From positions 1 through 64,000 of IMG/VR virus record IMGVR_UViG_3300047553_000733: a stretch of 64,000 nucleotides of DNA. One strand, written 5' to 3'. Positions 55,052 to 64,000 of this stretch are shown piece after piece (positions within the stretch are counted from its first letter, which is position 1; each line of letters begins with the position of its first letter). Source of the stretch: a virus. The position numbers and the translations under genes were made by a program. The notes under the pieces are model-generated. The model did not search any database. It worked only from the letters and a program-made list of their open reading frames with translations, and was not told the origin of the DNA.

Positions 55052-56829
55052 TGGTTTGCTATTGTTACCAGTTTACCATACTCTGGTAGATAAAGATATT
55101 CAATTTCGCTTTGTTGCAGTGTCCACAGTGCGTCTTCCAATGTTTCTACCAGCGGCTCTCCACCAAGGTTAAAGCTAGTATTGAATATAATTGGTATTCC
55201 AGTTTGCTTTTTGAACTCACTAATTAGTGCGTAATAATGAGGATTCTCATTAGTGTTAACTGTCTGAATACGACAAGTTCCATCTACATGTATAATGCTA
55301 GGAATCTTATCCTCAACTCCAGGTTGGCAGTTAACCGCATACATCATATGCGGGCTTGAGTTCATGCCGCGTAAATCAAACCACTGGTGCACATCTTCTT
55401 CTAAAATGCTACCTGCAAAAGGTCTAAAATATTCACGGTGCTTGATGCGGTTTACGTAATCTTTTCCGTCCACAAAAGTAGGGTCAAACATTAGTGAGCG
55501 GTTGCCCAGTGCTCTGGGGCCGTTTTCACTGCGACCTTGAAACATTGCAACAATATTCTTTTTACGCATTAGTTCTACAACTTTTGCATTATCGCAAGTT
55601 TCTACGGTACCACCATACTGCTCAGCAATAGCCTCTATTTGATCAGTATAATCATACTTTGGACCTAAGTAGATTTCTCGTGGATGTGTTTCTGTGGCCT
55701 GTGTAAGTTGATGATAACCCCACAGTGCAACACCAATTGCTGTGCCGCCATCATTGCTAACTGGCTCAACATACAGCTCAACGCCTTCATCACGCAGTGT
55801 TTTTAAGTAGTAGTAGTTTGCAACACAGTTTAGGGCATATCCGCCACTAAGTACTACTTGTTTTTTACCTGTTAATTCTACTGCACTCTTAATTAGCTGT
55901 AGTACCTGTGCTTGAGTTTGTGTTTGACAAGTATATGCTAAATCTCGCCTATTTTGACACTTGGTAACATCCTGATCTGTAATAGTTTGTAGTTCGGAGT
56001 ACATTGATGCATTAACTATTGCACCGTTAGGATATCTAGGTATAATAACATTTCTGTCACTGATTGGGGCTACTTGTGAATCTATAAATAGCTTGGGTAT
56101 TTGTTCGTTTGATTTGCCATATGGAAATAATCCCATAGTTTTTCCAGCTTCAATAGAACTAAACCCACAATATTCTGTTACTGCTTCATATACTTTAGTA
56201 ATACCAGCATTTCCACTTATAAACTCTATATGTGTGCCTTGCTCACCAAATTTTTCACTATTTTCGCTGTGGTTGTAGTGACCAACAATTGGCTCTTTGC
56301 AACCCAAGTGTTTGTAAATAGTTTTAAAGTTTGCTGGATAGCTACAATCAAATACTGTTTCTGTTTCCCACAATATAACCTGTTGATTATCAAACATAGC
56401 TGGATACATCGTACCAGCTCCGTCAACAATAACTGCTACAGCATCGTTAAATCCACTGCGATAAAATGCAATTGCTGCATGAATTTTATGGTGTGAATGG
56501 CTAAGATCAATTACTTGTGGATGATTTCGTAAGTCTGCTTTACGATCTATAAATCCCATTTTTCTGGCTAAACCAGTATAAACGTCGTCGCCAGTATAGT
56601 CTACTTTGCCTGCGGTATCATGCAGTGATTGTGTGTGCGATACAAATATAAAATCAAGCTTATCAGTATACTCTTTTACCTTCATCATGGTGGCATAGGG
56701 ACCACCATCATATTTTTGACGACTTAATCGTTCTTCTTCTAAGCTAAAAACAATTTTTCCGTCTTTTAATAGACAGGCACCAGCATTGTGCCCTCTAGCA
56801 ATTCCTAAAATATATCCTGTTTTATTCAT
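55048..56829 (-). CDS. carbamoyltransferase (NodU/CmcH family)
   Basis: EEERLSRQK, HHKIHA, GKTMGL, GGYALNCVAN, GPRALGNRS, RPFA, NTSFN. Confidence 0.95.
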   Translation of the reverse strand: MNKTGYILGIARGHNAGACLLKDGKIVFSLEEERLSRQKYDGGPYATMMKVKEYTDKLDFIFVSHTQSLHDTAGKVDYTGDDVYTGLARKMGFIDRKADLRNHPQVIDLSHSHHKIHAAIAFYRSGFNDAVAVIVDGAGTMYPAMFDNQQVILWETETVFDCSYPANFKTIYKHLGCKEPIVGHYNHSENSEKFGEQGTHIEFISGNAGITKVYEAVTEYCGFSSIEAGKTMGLFPYGKSNEQIPKLFIDSQVAPISDRNVIIPRYPNGAIVNASMYSELQTITDQDVTKCQNRRDLAYTCQTQTQAQVLQLIKSAVELTGKKQVVLSGGYALNCVANYYYLKTLRDEGVELYVEPVSNDGGTAIGVALWGYHQLTQATETHPREIYLGPKYDYTDQIEAIAEQYGGTVETCDNAKVVELMRKKNIVAMFQGRSENGPRALGNRSLMFDPTFVDGKDYVNRIKHREYFRPFAGSILEEDVHQWFDLRGMNSSPHMMYAVNCQPGVEDKIPSIIHVDGTCRIQTVNTNENPHYYALISEFKKQTGIPIIFNTSFNLGGEPLVETLEDALWTLQQSEIEYLYLPEYGKLVTIANQ

Positions 56830-56835
56830 AAATAA

Positions 56836-57864
56836 TTATACTAAACTTGTTTTCTTTGCAAATGGTGGTATGGAGGCGTTGTGCTGGCAGCTATCAGTAT
56901 GTACATGATTAGTTGCAACTAGCTCAGGTTTAGAATCTTTTTGTTTAGATTTACCTAGTTTATCAGTAACGCTCTTAATCATTTTATCAAAAGTTTTATC
57001 TTCCAAAACCATTAAGTACTCATTAGTTCTATCACTAACAAAATCCATAGTAATTCGTATTGGACTATAGATGCGCTTGTCTTTACCATTATCTATAATA
57101 GTAAAATCCTTATTATCTGGATAACTAATGTTTTCAGGATAAGTGGCACCTATAACAACAGTTGCTGGTTTACTTAAGGCATGAGCATAGTGCTGTCCAA
57201 CACTATCACAACCTAAAAAATAATCTGCTGCATTAATTATACCCATCCACTGCAGTAAATTCGCATTTGGTATTGCTGCAGCCATTTGCTTATCTGTTGG
57301 TATTTCTACATTGGACATCATAATTACAGCATAATGTTTTCCGAGCTCTTCTACTGTTCTGTATACATCTCGTAACTCAAAACTACGACCACTGGAATCA
57401 ATTATAAAATTACCGTCTTTTTGTACACCGCTACCAAAAGGTTGAAATACTACAGCTTTTTGTTTACCTAACTGTGACTTTACTTGTGATACTAGTGTGT
57501 GCCCATACGCTTGGTCAACTTTATTTATCTGTAGATTAAATGGTTTGGTTGCTGGAATATCTTTTAAATCATTTATCAATATATCAAATGCTTGGATTAA
57601 GTTGCACTTTTGATTAAAATATGCATTTAATCTATAAGGTTCAGGACTAATTATTTCTTTATCTTTTAATTTTTCTTCAAAAAGACTTTTATGACCCATT
57701 GGCCATACATTATTACGCAATACAGGACTAGCTAAAAATATTTCGTTCCAGGCCTCTGCAACAATAACAACGTCTTGATCTATGTTTTGCTTATACCACT
57801 CTAATGCTGGAATAGCACAGAGTACTCTGCCTATTCCACCATTAATAAAAAATGCTTTTTTCAT
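56836..57864 (-). CDS. GT9 (heptosyltransferase-like) glycosyltransferase
   Basis: GGIGRVLC and ADYFLGCDSVGQHYAHALSKP. Confidence 0.75.
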   Translation of the reverse strand: MKKAFFINGGIGRVLCAIPALEWYKQNIDQDVVIVAEAWNEIFLASPVLRNNVWPMGHKSLFEEKLKDKEIISPEPYRLNAYFNQKCNLIQAFDILINDLKDIPATKPFNLQINKVDQAYGHTLVSQVKSQLGKQKAVVFQPFGSGVQKDGNFIIDSSGRSFELRDVYRTVEELGKHYAVIMMSNVEIPTDKQMAAAIPNANLLQWMGIINAADYFLGCDSVGQHYAHALSKPATVVIGATYPENISYPDNKDFTIIDNGKDKRIYSPIRITMDFVSDRTNEYLMVLEDKTFDKMIKSVTDKLGKSKQKDSKPELVATNHVHTDSCQHNASIPPFAKKTSLV

Positions 57865-57965
57865 ATAGTTTCTGATGGTTTATTTTGGTAGTTAAAGATA
57901 AAATTATACCACAAGTTACTAAAAAAGTAAAATGTATTTTTAACTACGCTTAACCATATAATACC

Positions 57966-58406
57966 TTATTCTGCTGGTACTTCCGCTGGTGGCGGTGGCG
58001 TTGGTTCAGGCTCTGGAGGTATATTTGGTGGTACATAGTCTGGTGCAACTACTTTTGGTGGTTGAACTATATACTCTGTGTCAAATACAAACTTTGCCTG
58101 CTCCTCGCTGTACTCTGAAGTTAGGTCGTTATAAGTTATAACTTCGTCAAATATTGCATCCATAGTGTCCGTAATAGGCAATAAATCTTGTTGATAGAGT
58201 GCAATAAAAGCAAATAGTGGACTATCAGCAACTGTTAGCTCCTGATAGTAGTACATATTTTTAGGATCATTAACAAAATCTTCTGCATCAATTGCAATTT
58301 GATCAAACTTATTATCCAGGTTCATTCTGCAATAAAGCGTATCTGGTAAGTCTATATCAAAAGTTTTTGTTTGCTTGTCTGCAATTAAATAAGTAATTGT
58401 TGTCAT
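57966..58406 (-). CDS. hypothetical protein (tail-fibre-associated)
   Basis: Acidic, Pro-rich end; follows fibre-like genes. Confidence 0.6.
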   Translation of the reverse strand: MTTITYLIADKQTKTFDIDLPDTLYCRMNLDNKFDQIAIDAEDFVNDPKNMYYYQELTVADSPLFAFIALYQQDLLPITDTMDAIFDEVITYNDLTSEYSEEQAKFVFDTEYIVQPPKVVAPDYVPPNIPPEPEPTPPPPAEVPAE

Positions 58407-58415
58407 TATATTTCC

Positions 58416-59465
58416 TTATTTAAATGTTACTATTACTAGTCCAGCGCTACCACAAGCGCCATAGTTAGGGCCTTCATAACAACTAGACACATTACCTGGG
58501 CCGCCCAGTCCTGGTTTGCGGAATACATTATAGGCATTAGCACAGCATCCGCTATATTCATATCCACTAAATCCGCAACTGATTGCGCAAACTGTATGAT
58601 TTGGCATTACAGTATAGTTCCACTGACACATATAACAAATGCTATTACCACACTGCGCTACTGCCCATACCAACGAAGGAATTTTTGCTTCTACAGCTAT
58701 AGCATTACCGGAAGTAACTCCACCCACACATAAGCCATCATATCTGTATGTAGGCTTACTAAAGTAATTACTACACTGAAAATAACCAGTACACGCCATT
58801 AAATTAGATTGACTAGTTGCGTAGTGATGGCCGTTGCTTGGGTAGTAGCATCTTGCACCAACACCACATAAATTACCATATCCAGTTAAACCACCACAGC
58901 TTAGTATACAAGTATCGTTACTGCCACACACAAAGCTATTACAACCATCATAGGCACAATAACTATAACAATTGTTTTGTGTGGTGGCTATACCGCCACC
59001 AGCACATAGCGTATACTGCTGGCCAGCCTGTACATTCATTAATACATAAGTATACTCGCCATTTCCACCACTTTGTGCAAAAGAGCAACAAGCGCCCCAG
59101 CTACACGCACTACCATTGCCGCCAGCACCCCAAATTTGAAACTGTGCCTGTGTAACGCCAGCTGGCACTGTCCATAAACAGCAGCAACCACCAGCGGTAC
59201 TGTAATTCGTAGTTTCTCCAACAGTTATAACTCCAGCGGCACCAGTCATCAACTGATTTGGGCTAGGCAGATTGTACCCACCATAAAAAGTAGTCCAGTT
59301 ACGACGCACACCATTAGCAGCAGACAATGCTGCTGCTGCGTTGGTAGTTGCACTGTCTACTTGAGTTTTTAGCGTATTTAGGTCAGCATCTCCAAAGTCA
59401 TTAGAATTATTAATTCTAATATTTTTCTTTACGGCCAACTCTAAAATATCATTAATTTTTGACAT
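58416..59465 (-). CDS. Cys/Gly-rich tail-fibre-associated protein
   Basis: WTVPAGVT..FQIWGAGG Gly-rich domain, many Cys. Confidence 0.7.
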   Translation of the reverse strand: MSKINDILELAVKKNIRINNSNDFGDADLNTLKTQVDSATTNAAAALSAANGVRRNWTTFYGGYNLPSPNQLMTGAAGVITVGETTNYSTAGGCCCLWTVPAGVTQAQFQIWGAGGNGSACSWGACCSFAQSGGNGEYTYVLMNVQAGQQYTLCAGGGIATTQNNCYSYCAYDGCNSFVCGSNDTCILSCGGLTGYGNLCGVGARCYYPSNGHHYATSQSNLMACTGYFQCSNYFSKPTYRYDGLCVGGVTSGNAIAVEAKIPSLVWAVAQCGNSICYMCQWNYTVMPNHTVCAISCGFSGYEYSGCCANAYNVFRKPGLGGPGNVSSCYEGPNYGACGSAGLVIVTFK

Positions 59466-59497
59466 TTTGTCTCCAAATTATATATTTATATCTTAGA

Positions 59498-60538
59498 TTA
59501 GCACCAGCTAACCTTAACCATGCCCATACGGCCCCAATCACCACATAGTGAAGTACAGCCGCCAAATGCTACACTAGCCGTGCCACCCATACCAGGGAAT
59601 GTCCAAATTGGCGTACCATTTTGTGAATTTGTAGCTCCACAGCAAGCAGCTTGATAAAACGGGTTACAAGTTTGGCCATTATTAAACACAAGACAGCAGC
59701 AAGCTACTTGCGACTTACCGTCCACAGGACTTACTAGTGGAGGGTGAATATGGAACCCATAGATATTGGTATCCATGCAGGTTGCTCCATGTATACTATT
59801 ATGACCAAAAGGTGTACCATAAAAAGTTACTTCTGTATCATTAAATACTGGAATACAGCCACAAGTTGCGCAACTATTATCATTACAATAATAACTAGTA
59901 CCACAAATACATCCACCACTGCTAGTGCAAGTAGGATTTTGCCAGCGGCAGCACATACTAGTACCGCAAAGCTGTGTTCTTTGTTGACACATTCTGCGAA
60001 TAAGATTGTGACAACCACCATTTGCACAGAAATTGGTTAGCCCATATCCTGTTACTGATGATGGGCTACCTTGATATGTAGCATTTAGTGTGCAGCACAG
60101 TCTGTTTGCATCTGCACAACCGGCTGTTAATACATACTGACAGCCAGGGGTTACGGGAATTATTGTGGTAGCATATGCGCCTGTTGCACCAAATGGTGCA
60201 CCGCCACAACACATACCAGCACCACCTTGTGCCCCTGGGCCCCAGATTTCAAACTTTGCAAAGCTAACTCCGCTTGGAACAGTCCAAGTGCAGCTAGCTC
60301 CACATCGCTTAAAACTACTAGTATCACATACTTGCAGTGTACCAGTACACTGTGTTAAGTGCGGAAAAATACATTTCCAACACTCTGGATTACAGGCATG
60401 ACAAGCCAGCACGTTTTTAATTGAAGTAAAAGTACCAGCTGCTGTAAAAGTAGCCTCGGCCATTGCACTAGTTGCAACGGCCTTGGCTTTTGTTCCGACA
60501 GCTAACAAACTGCCATTTAAATCTACTATATTAAACAT
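59498..60538 (-). CDS. Cys/Gly-rich tail-fibre-associated protein (paralogue)
   Basis: WTVPSGVS..FEIWGPG, G..GMVKVSW. Confidence 0.7.
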   Translation of the reverse strand: MFNIVDLNGSLLAVGTKAKAVATSAMAEATFTAAGTFTSIKNVLACHACNPECWKCIFPHLTQCTGTLQVCDTSSFKRCGASCTWTVPSGVSFAKFEIWGPGAQGGAGMCCGGAPFGATGAYATTIIPVTPGCQYVLTAGCADANRLCCTLNATYQGSPSSVTGYGLTNFCANGGCHNLIRRMCQQRTQLCGTSMCCRWQNPTCTSSGGCICGTSYYCNDNSCATCGCIPVFNDTEVTFYGTPFGHNSIHGATCMDTNIYGFHIHPPLVSPVDGKSQVACCCLVFNNGQTCNPFYQAACCGATNSQNGTPIWTFPGMGGTASVAFGGCTSLCGDWGRMGMVKVSWC

Positions 60539-60552
60539 TTATTGCAGCCTCC

Positions 60553-63500
60553 TTAAGATAGTACTACTGAAGTAATCTGTAAATTATTATTGTAATTTAC
60601 AGTATATGTGCCATTTTTGTATCCTTGCGCATGAGTTTCAGTAATCTTATCTATTACCTTTATCGGTGCACTTACATATGTTGCAATTTGGCCTGAGGTT
60701 AGTGTTGGTGAAGTAGTAGGTATTGTTATACTGTTACTTGTTAACCAAGCACTAAATCCTGGTATAAACTGACTGTACGGTATTCCGTCAGCATTTGCTG
60801 GTAGTGTTACATTTTTATATGTAACTGCGTAAGTATAAGCATCCCATGTTGCGGCAGTTAAATAACCATTTGCATCATAAGTTGTACTTGCTCCACTTAT
60901 GCCATTAGTATTAGTTAGTGTATTAACATAAGTTCTTACAGCATACTCAGTAGGTACAGCAGTATTACTGTTACCACTCATACTTGCATCACTACTAAAT
61001 TCGTTAATAGTTTCACCAAGTTGAGCACCAATACTACCAAGTTTCAAGCTAGTCAAACCAGCCAAGTCGAAAGCGTTAGCGTTCAGTGTAGCACGTCCAG
61101 TTGCCTGGTCAATACGGAAATATTCACCTACACGGAAGTTACCGTCTTGGTCAGTACTTACATAGAATACGCGACCTGGGTATGCTTCGTCTGTTTCATT
61201 GCCCTGCGCAGCTGCTTGTGTTGGAGTACCTGGATAGTTAGTAGTACTAATACCACCTGTACCAATACTCAAGAAGTCATGACCAGTTAAACGAATCTGT
61301 GAATACTTACTGCGTAGCGTAACTGCTGTGCCACTTGCACTGCCAGTTGGTTTTTCTTGTGCTAGCACAACTACCAATTGACTTGTAGCATCTACATAGG
61401 TACCGGTTACACTTTGTACCACATAAGCAACTGCATCGCCAGCTAGTTGAATACTTTGACCAGGTTTCGGTGCCGCTGTTAGATTGTTTAATACAAGTAC
61501 AAAACCTTTTTGGCCTTCCAATGCACCCGCACTTACAGTACCTGTTCCACCACTAGTAAATGTCAGCGTATTACCAAGTGCAAAAGTACCAGTTGTAGCT
61601 TTCAAGTACACCTTATTGGCACTGTACTGTACATTAGTAACTATACCAGTAGCACCACTGCTGCTTGTACAAGTATCACCAACGTTAATAGTACCGCCCT
61701 GATAAACAAAGTTTAGTTGCTGACCAATTAGCGCACCTGTTACTGCTGTTTCGTTAACATCGAATCCTCTACTTACAGCACCCCAAGTACCATAACTATT
61801 GTTACCATTTAGTGCACGAATATGTCCACCACCAGTACTTGCGTATCCAAAGTAACAGTAGTAGGTAAAGCAACTTACAATCTCAGCCTTGCCACCATCC
61901 TTCATCCAGTAACCAATACCATTATCACTGATAACAGTAAAGCCGTGGAAGATCATGGTTTTTGCACCGGTTGCGTGTACAGTACCGTCAACTAGCGCAC
62001 CAATTAATCCACTACCAATTGCACTGCACTCCAGTACATAAGGAGATTTTGTAGTAATTGGGCTTGCAGGATTCAATCTTGCTACAACACCACGAATAGT
62101 ACTAGTTGTAATATCGCCAGGTGTTGCACCAGGAACCCAGCCAGTCATGCCAACAAACGTCATTTTATTAAGAATGCTGCCATTGCTCAATAACCACATT
62201 GTTGATTGATTGTTTGGCGTTACGCCATCGTCACTGTTACCGCTTGCAGGCTGTACAATTGTAGTACGCTGATTGTCGCCAACAATGGCTACATTGGCTG
62301 GTACCGTTATTGGTAGTTGCTCACTGTATGTACCAGTTTTTACAAAAATTGTACTACCTGGTTCAGCTTGTTGGCAAGCATACTTGATACTTGCAAATGG
62401 TGTAGCTAAGTTGCTACCATTAACTGCTGTGTCCACACCGTGTGGGGCAACATAGTAAACTTTACTAGACTCTGTAGCACCAAGCCACAGTGCTGCTGTA
62501 CCTGCCGAAGATATAGTAGGGGATCTACCAACCTTTGTGCCACCAGCATTTAGTGGTGCAGCATTTACCTGATTAGCTAGTAGGTCATAATAAAGGATAT
62601 TATTACCCTGATTTGTACTTGGTACTGCTACAACTTCACCAGTGTTATTTAGCACCGAGAAGCCTACAAATTCATAGCTGTTATATGGTAGTCCGTAATC
62701 TTTTAGTTCTTTTATTTCCTGTGTAGCATACTGGAAAGCTTCGCGTATACTGTTGAATACGTAGCTGCTAGGTATTTTAATAACACGATCTGTGCTATTT
62801 GTTGCCACAAAATAAGTATTTGTAAACTTATTAGCAGGAATATTGTTTAAGTCAAATCCAGTTCCGGCGTTAACATAGTTATTATATTGTGGAACTGGTG
62901 TTAGTGTTGTTGTAGCCGCAAAGCCAGTTGCACCGCCAGTATCTGTTGCAATAATATTTGCATAGCTGTAATGCTTGCCAGGGTCAACAATTGTAACGCC
63001 TAAAATACCGCTTGGTGTAGCTTGTATAGTAAATTGGGCTCCAGTACCTGGGGTACTGCTGTTAATTGTGGCTGTTGCGTATGTGTAGTTTGTACCAGGA
63101 TTAGTAATTGACACGCTGCCAATACTATTACCCTCAGCAAGTGTAAGTGCAATTGCACCGTTTTGTGCATATTGATTAGCAGTTAGCTGAACAGTTGGTG
63201 TACTTGTGTAGTTTTTACCTGGATTGGTAACTGTTACACTGCCAATTGGGTAACCACTCAGTATAGGGTTAACTGTTGCTCCAGTACCACCACCACCACT
63301 AAATGTCATGGTTGCGTATGTGTAGCCATGTCCACCATTGGTGATTACCACATCAGTAACACCACCAGCAGTTACTTGCGCAGTTGCAGTAGCACCATGT
63401 CCGTCACCAGTAATGGTAACTGTTGGTGCACTGGTATAGCCACTACCCACATTGGTGATCTCATAGCCCTGAATAAAACTCTTTAGAGTATACGCAGTTG

Positions 63501-64000
63501 CTGTAGCACCAGTACCGTTACCAGTAATTGTTACGTTTGCGTAAGTATAGCCGCTACCGCCATTAGTAATGTCAATGTCAGTAACTGCTCCGGCAACTAT
63601 GGTTACTGTTGCTGTTGCACCAGTACCGTCACCAGTAATTGTTGCAGTTGCATTTGTATAGCCGCTGCCCAATGTATCCATGTGCACGTGTGCAACCGGT
63701 GTACCTGTGTTTAGCGTAATTGCAACTGTGGCACCTGTGCCACCTCCACCTACCACTGTACCAGTTACACTAGTATAACGGCTACCTGCATTAGTAATTG
63801 CTGCGCTTGCAACGTTTTTACCTGGTGCTACTACTAGTGCCGCTGTTGCTCCAGTACCGTCACCACTTAGGGTAATGGTAGAGTCATTGGCATAGTTATA
63901 ACCAGCATTAGTTAGTGTAATGCTTTGTAGTGGTGCACCTGCTAGTACAGGTGTAACTACTGCTCCAGTACCATCACCCTGCACGCTTAATGTGGTAGAT
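60553..64000 (-). CDS. large tail fibre/structural protein, 5' end beyond the window
   Basis: Tandem ITNxGxGYTxAxxTIxGDGTGATA repeats, then YYVAPHG..PFASIKYA..GTYSE beta-helix-like domain. Confidence 0.8.
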   Translation of the reverse strand, partial: STTLSVQGDGTGAVVTPVLAGAPLQSITLTNAGYNYANDSTITLSGDGTGATAALVVAPGKNVASAAITNAGSRYTSVTGTVVGGGGTGATVAITLNTGTPVAHVHMDTLGSGYTNATATITGDGTGATATVTIVAGAVTDIDITNGGSGYTYANVTITGNGTGATATAYTLKSFIQGYEITNVGSGYTSAPTVTITGDGHGATATAQVTAGGVTDVVITNGGHGYTYATMTFSGGGGTGATVNPILSGYPIGSVTVTNPGKNYTSTPTVQLTANQYAQNGAIALTLAEGNSIGSVSITNPGTNYTYATATINSSTPGTGAQFTIQATPSGILGVTIVDPGKHYSYANIIATDTGGATGFAATTTLTPVPQYNNYVNAGTGFDLNNIPANKFTNTYFVATNSTDRVIKIPSSYVFNSIREAFQYATQEIKELKDYGLPYNSYEFVGFSVLNNTGEVVAVPSTNQGNNILYYDLLANQVNAAPLNAGGTKVGRSPTISSAGTAALWLGATESSKVYYVAPHGVDTAVNGSNLATPFASIKYACQQAEPGSTIFVKTGTYSEQLPITVPANVAIVGDNQRTTIVQPASGNSDDGVTPNNQSTMWLLSNGSILNKMTFVGMTGWVPGATPGDITTSTIRGVVARLNPASPITTKSPYVLECSAIGSGLIGALVDGTVHATGAKTMIFHGFTVISDNGIGYWMKDGGKAEIVSCFTYYCYFGYASTGGGHIRALNGNNSYGTWGAVSRGFDVNETAVTGALIGQQLNFVYQGGTINVGDTCTSSSGATGIVTNVQYSANKVYLKATTGTFALGNTLTFTSGGTGTVSAGALEGQKGFVLVLNNLTAAPKPGQSIQLAGDAVAYVVQSVTGTYVDATSQLVVVLAQEKPTGSASGTAVTLRSKYSQIRLTGHDFLSIGTGGISTTNYPGTPTQAAAQGNETDEAYPGRVFYVSTDQDGNFRVGEYFRIDQATGRATLNANAFDLAGLTSLKLGSIGAQLGETINEFSSDASMSGNSNTAVPTEYAVRTYVNTLTNTNGISGASTTYDANGYLTAATWDAYTYAVTYKNVTLPANADGIPYSQFIPGFSAWLTSNSITIPTTSPTLTSGQIATYVSAPIKVIDKITETHAQGYKNGTYTVNYNNNLQITSVVLS

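Overview
This window is part of a T5-like lytic tailed phage genome (Demerecviridae-like gene order); a proteobacterial host is likely but is an inference. Layout: (1) 1-4.7 kb is a pre-early-like region with three A2-like paralogues, many sigma70 promoters, palindromes and two promoter-driven non-coding RNAs. The larger RNA (about 660 nt) contains a complete type I hammerhead ribozyme. (2) 4.7-21.9 kb holds early accessory genes (ThyX, SleB-like hydrolase, Hsp20, UvsE, PBP7-like peptidase, rubrerythrin/rubredoxin) and 21 tRNA genes, several atypical, interleaved with stem-closed structured RNAs. (3) 22-42.8 kb is the T5-type replication module (D2, D3, split NAD ligase, D5, helicase, primase, PolA, D10-D15, dUTPase) plus a class II ribonucleotide reductase. 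(4) 42.9-64 kb is a minus-strand late region with PhoH, holin, exported repeat proteins, GH19 endolysin/spanins, heme oxygenase plus bilin reductase, an ADP-heptose/carbamoyltransferase/GT9 cluster and tail-fibre genes. The strongest candidates for new biology are the hammerhead-containing ncRNA locus with its dispersed TGACCCTAAACCGC motif, a tRNA-Ile(UAU) with a second GAU-loop arm plus other anticodon-mimic RNAs, and the late heptose-carbamoyl cluster. All calls were made by eye; no searches or folding programs were run.
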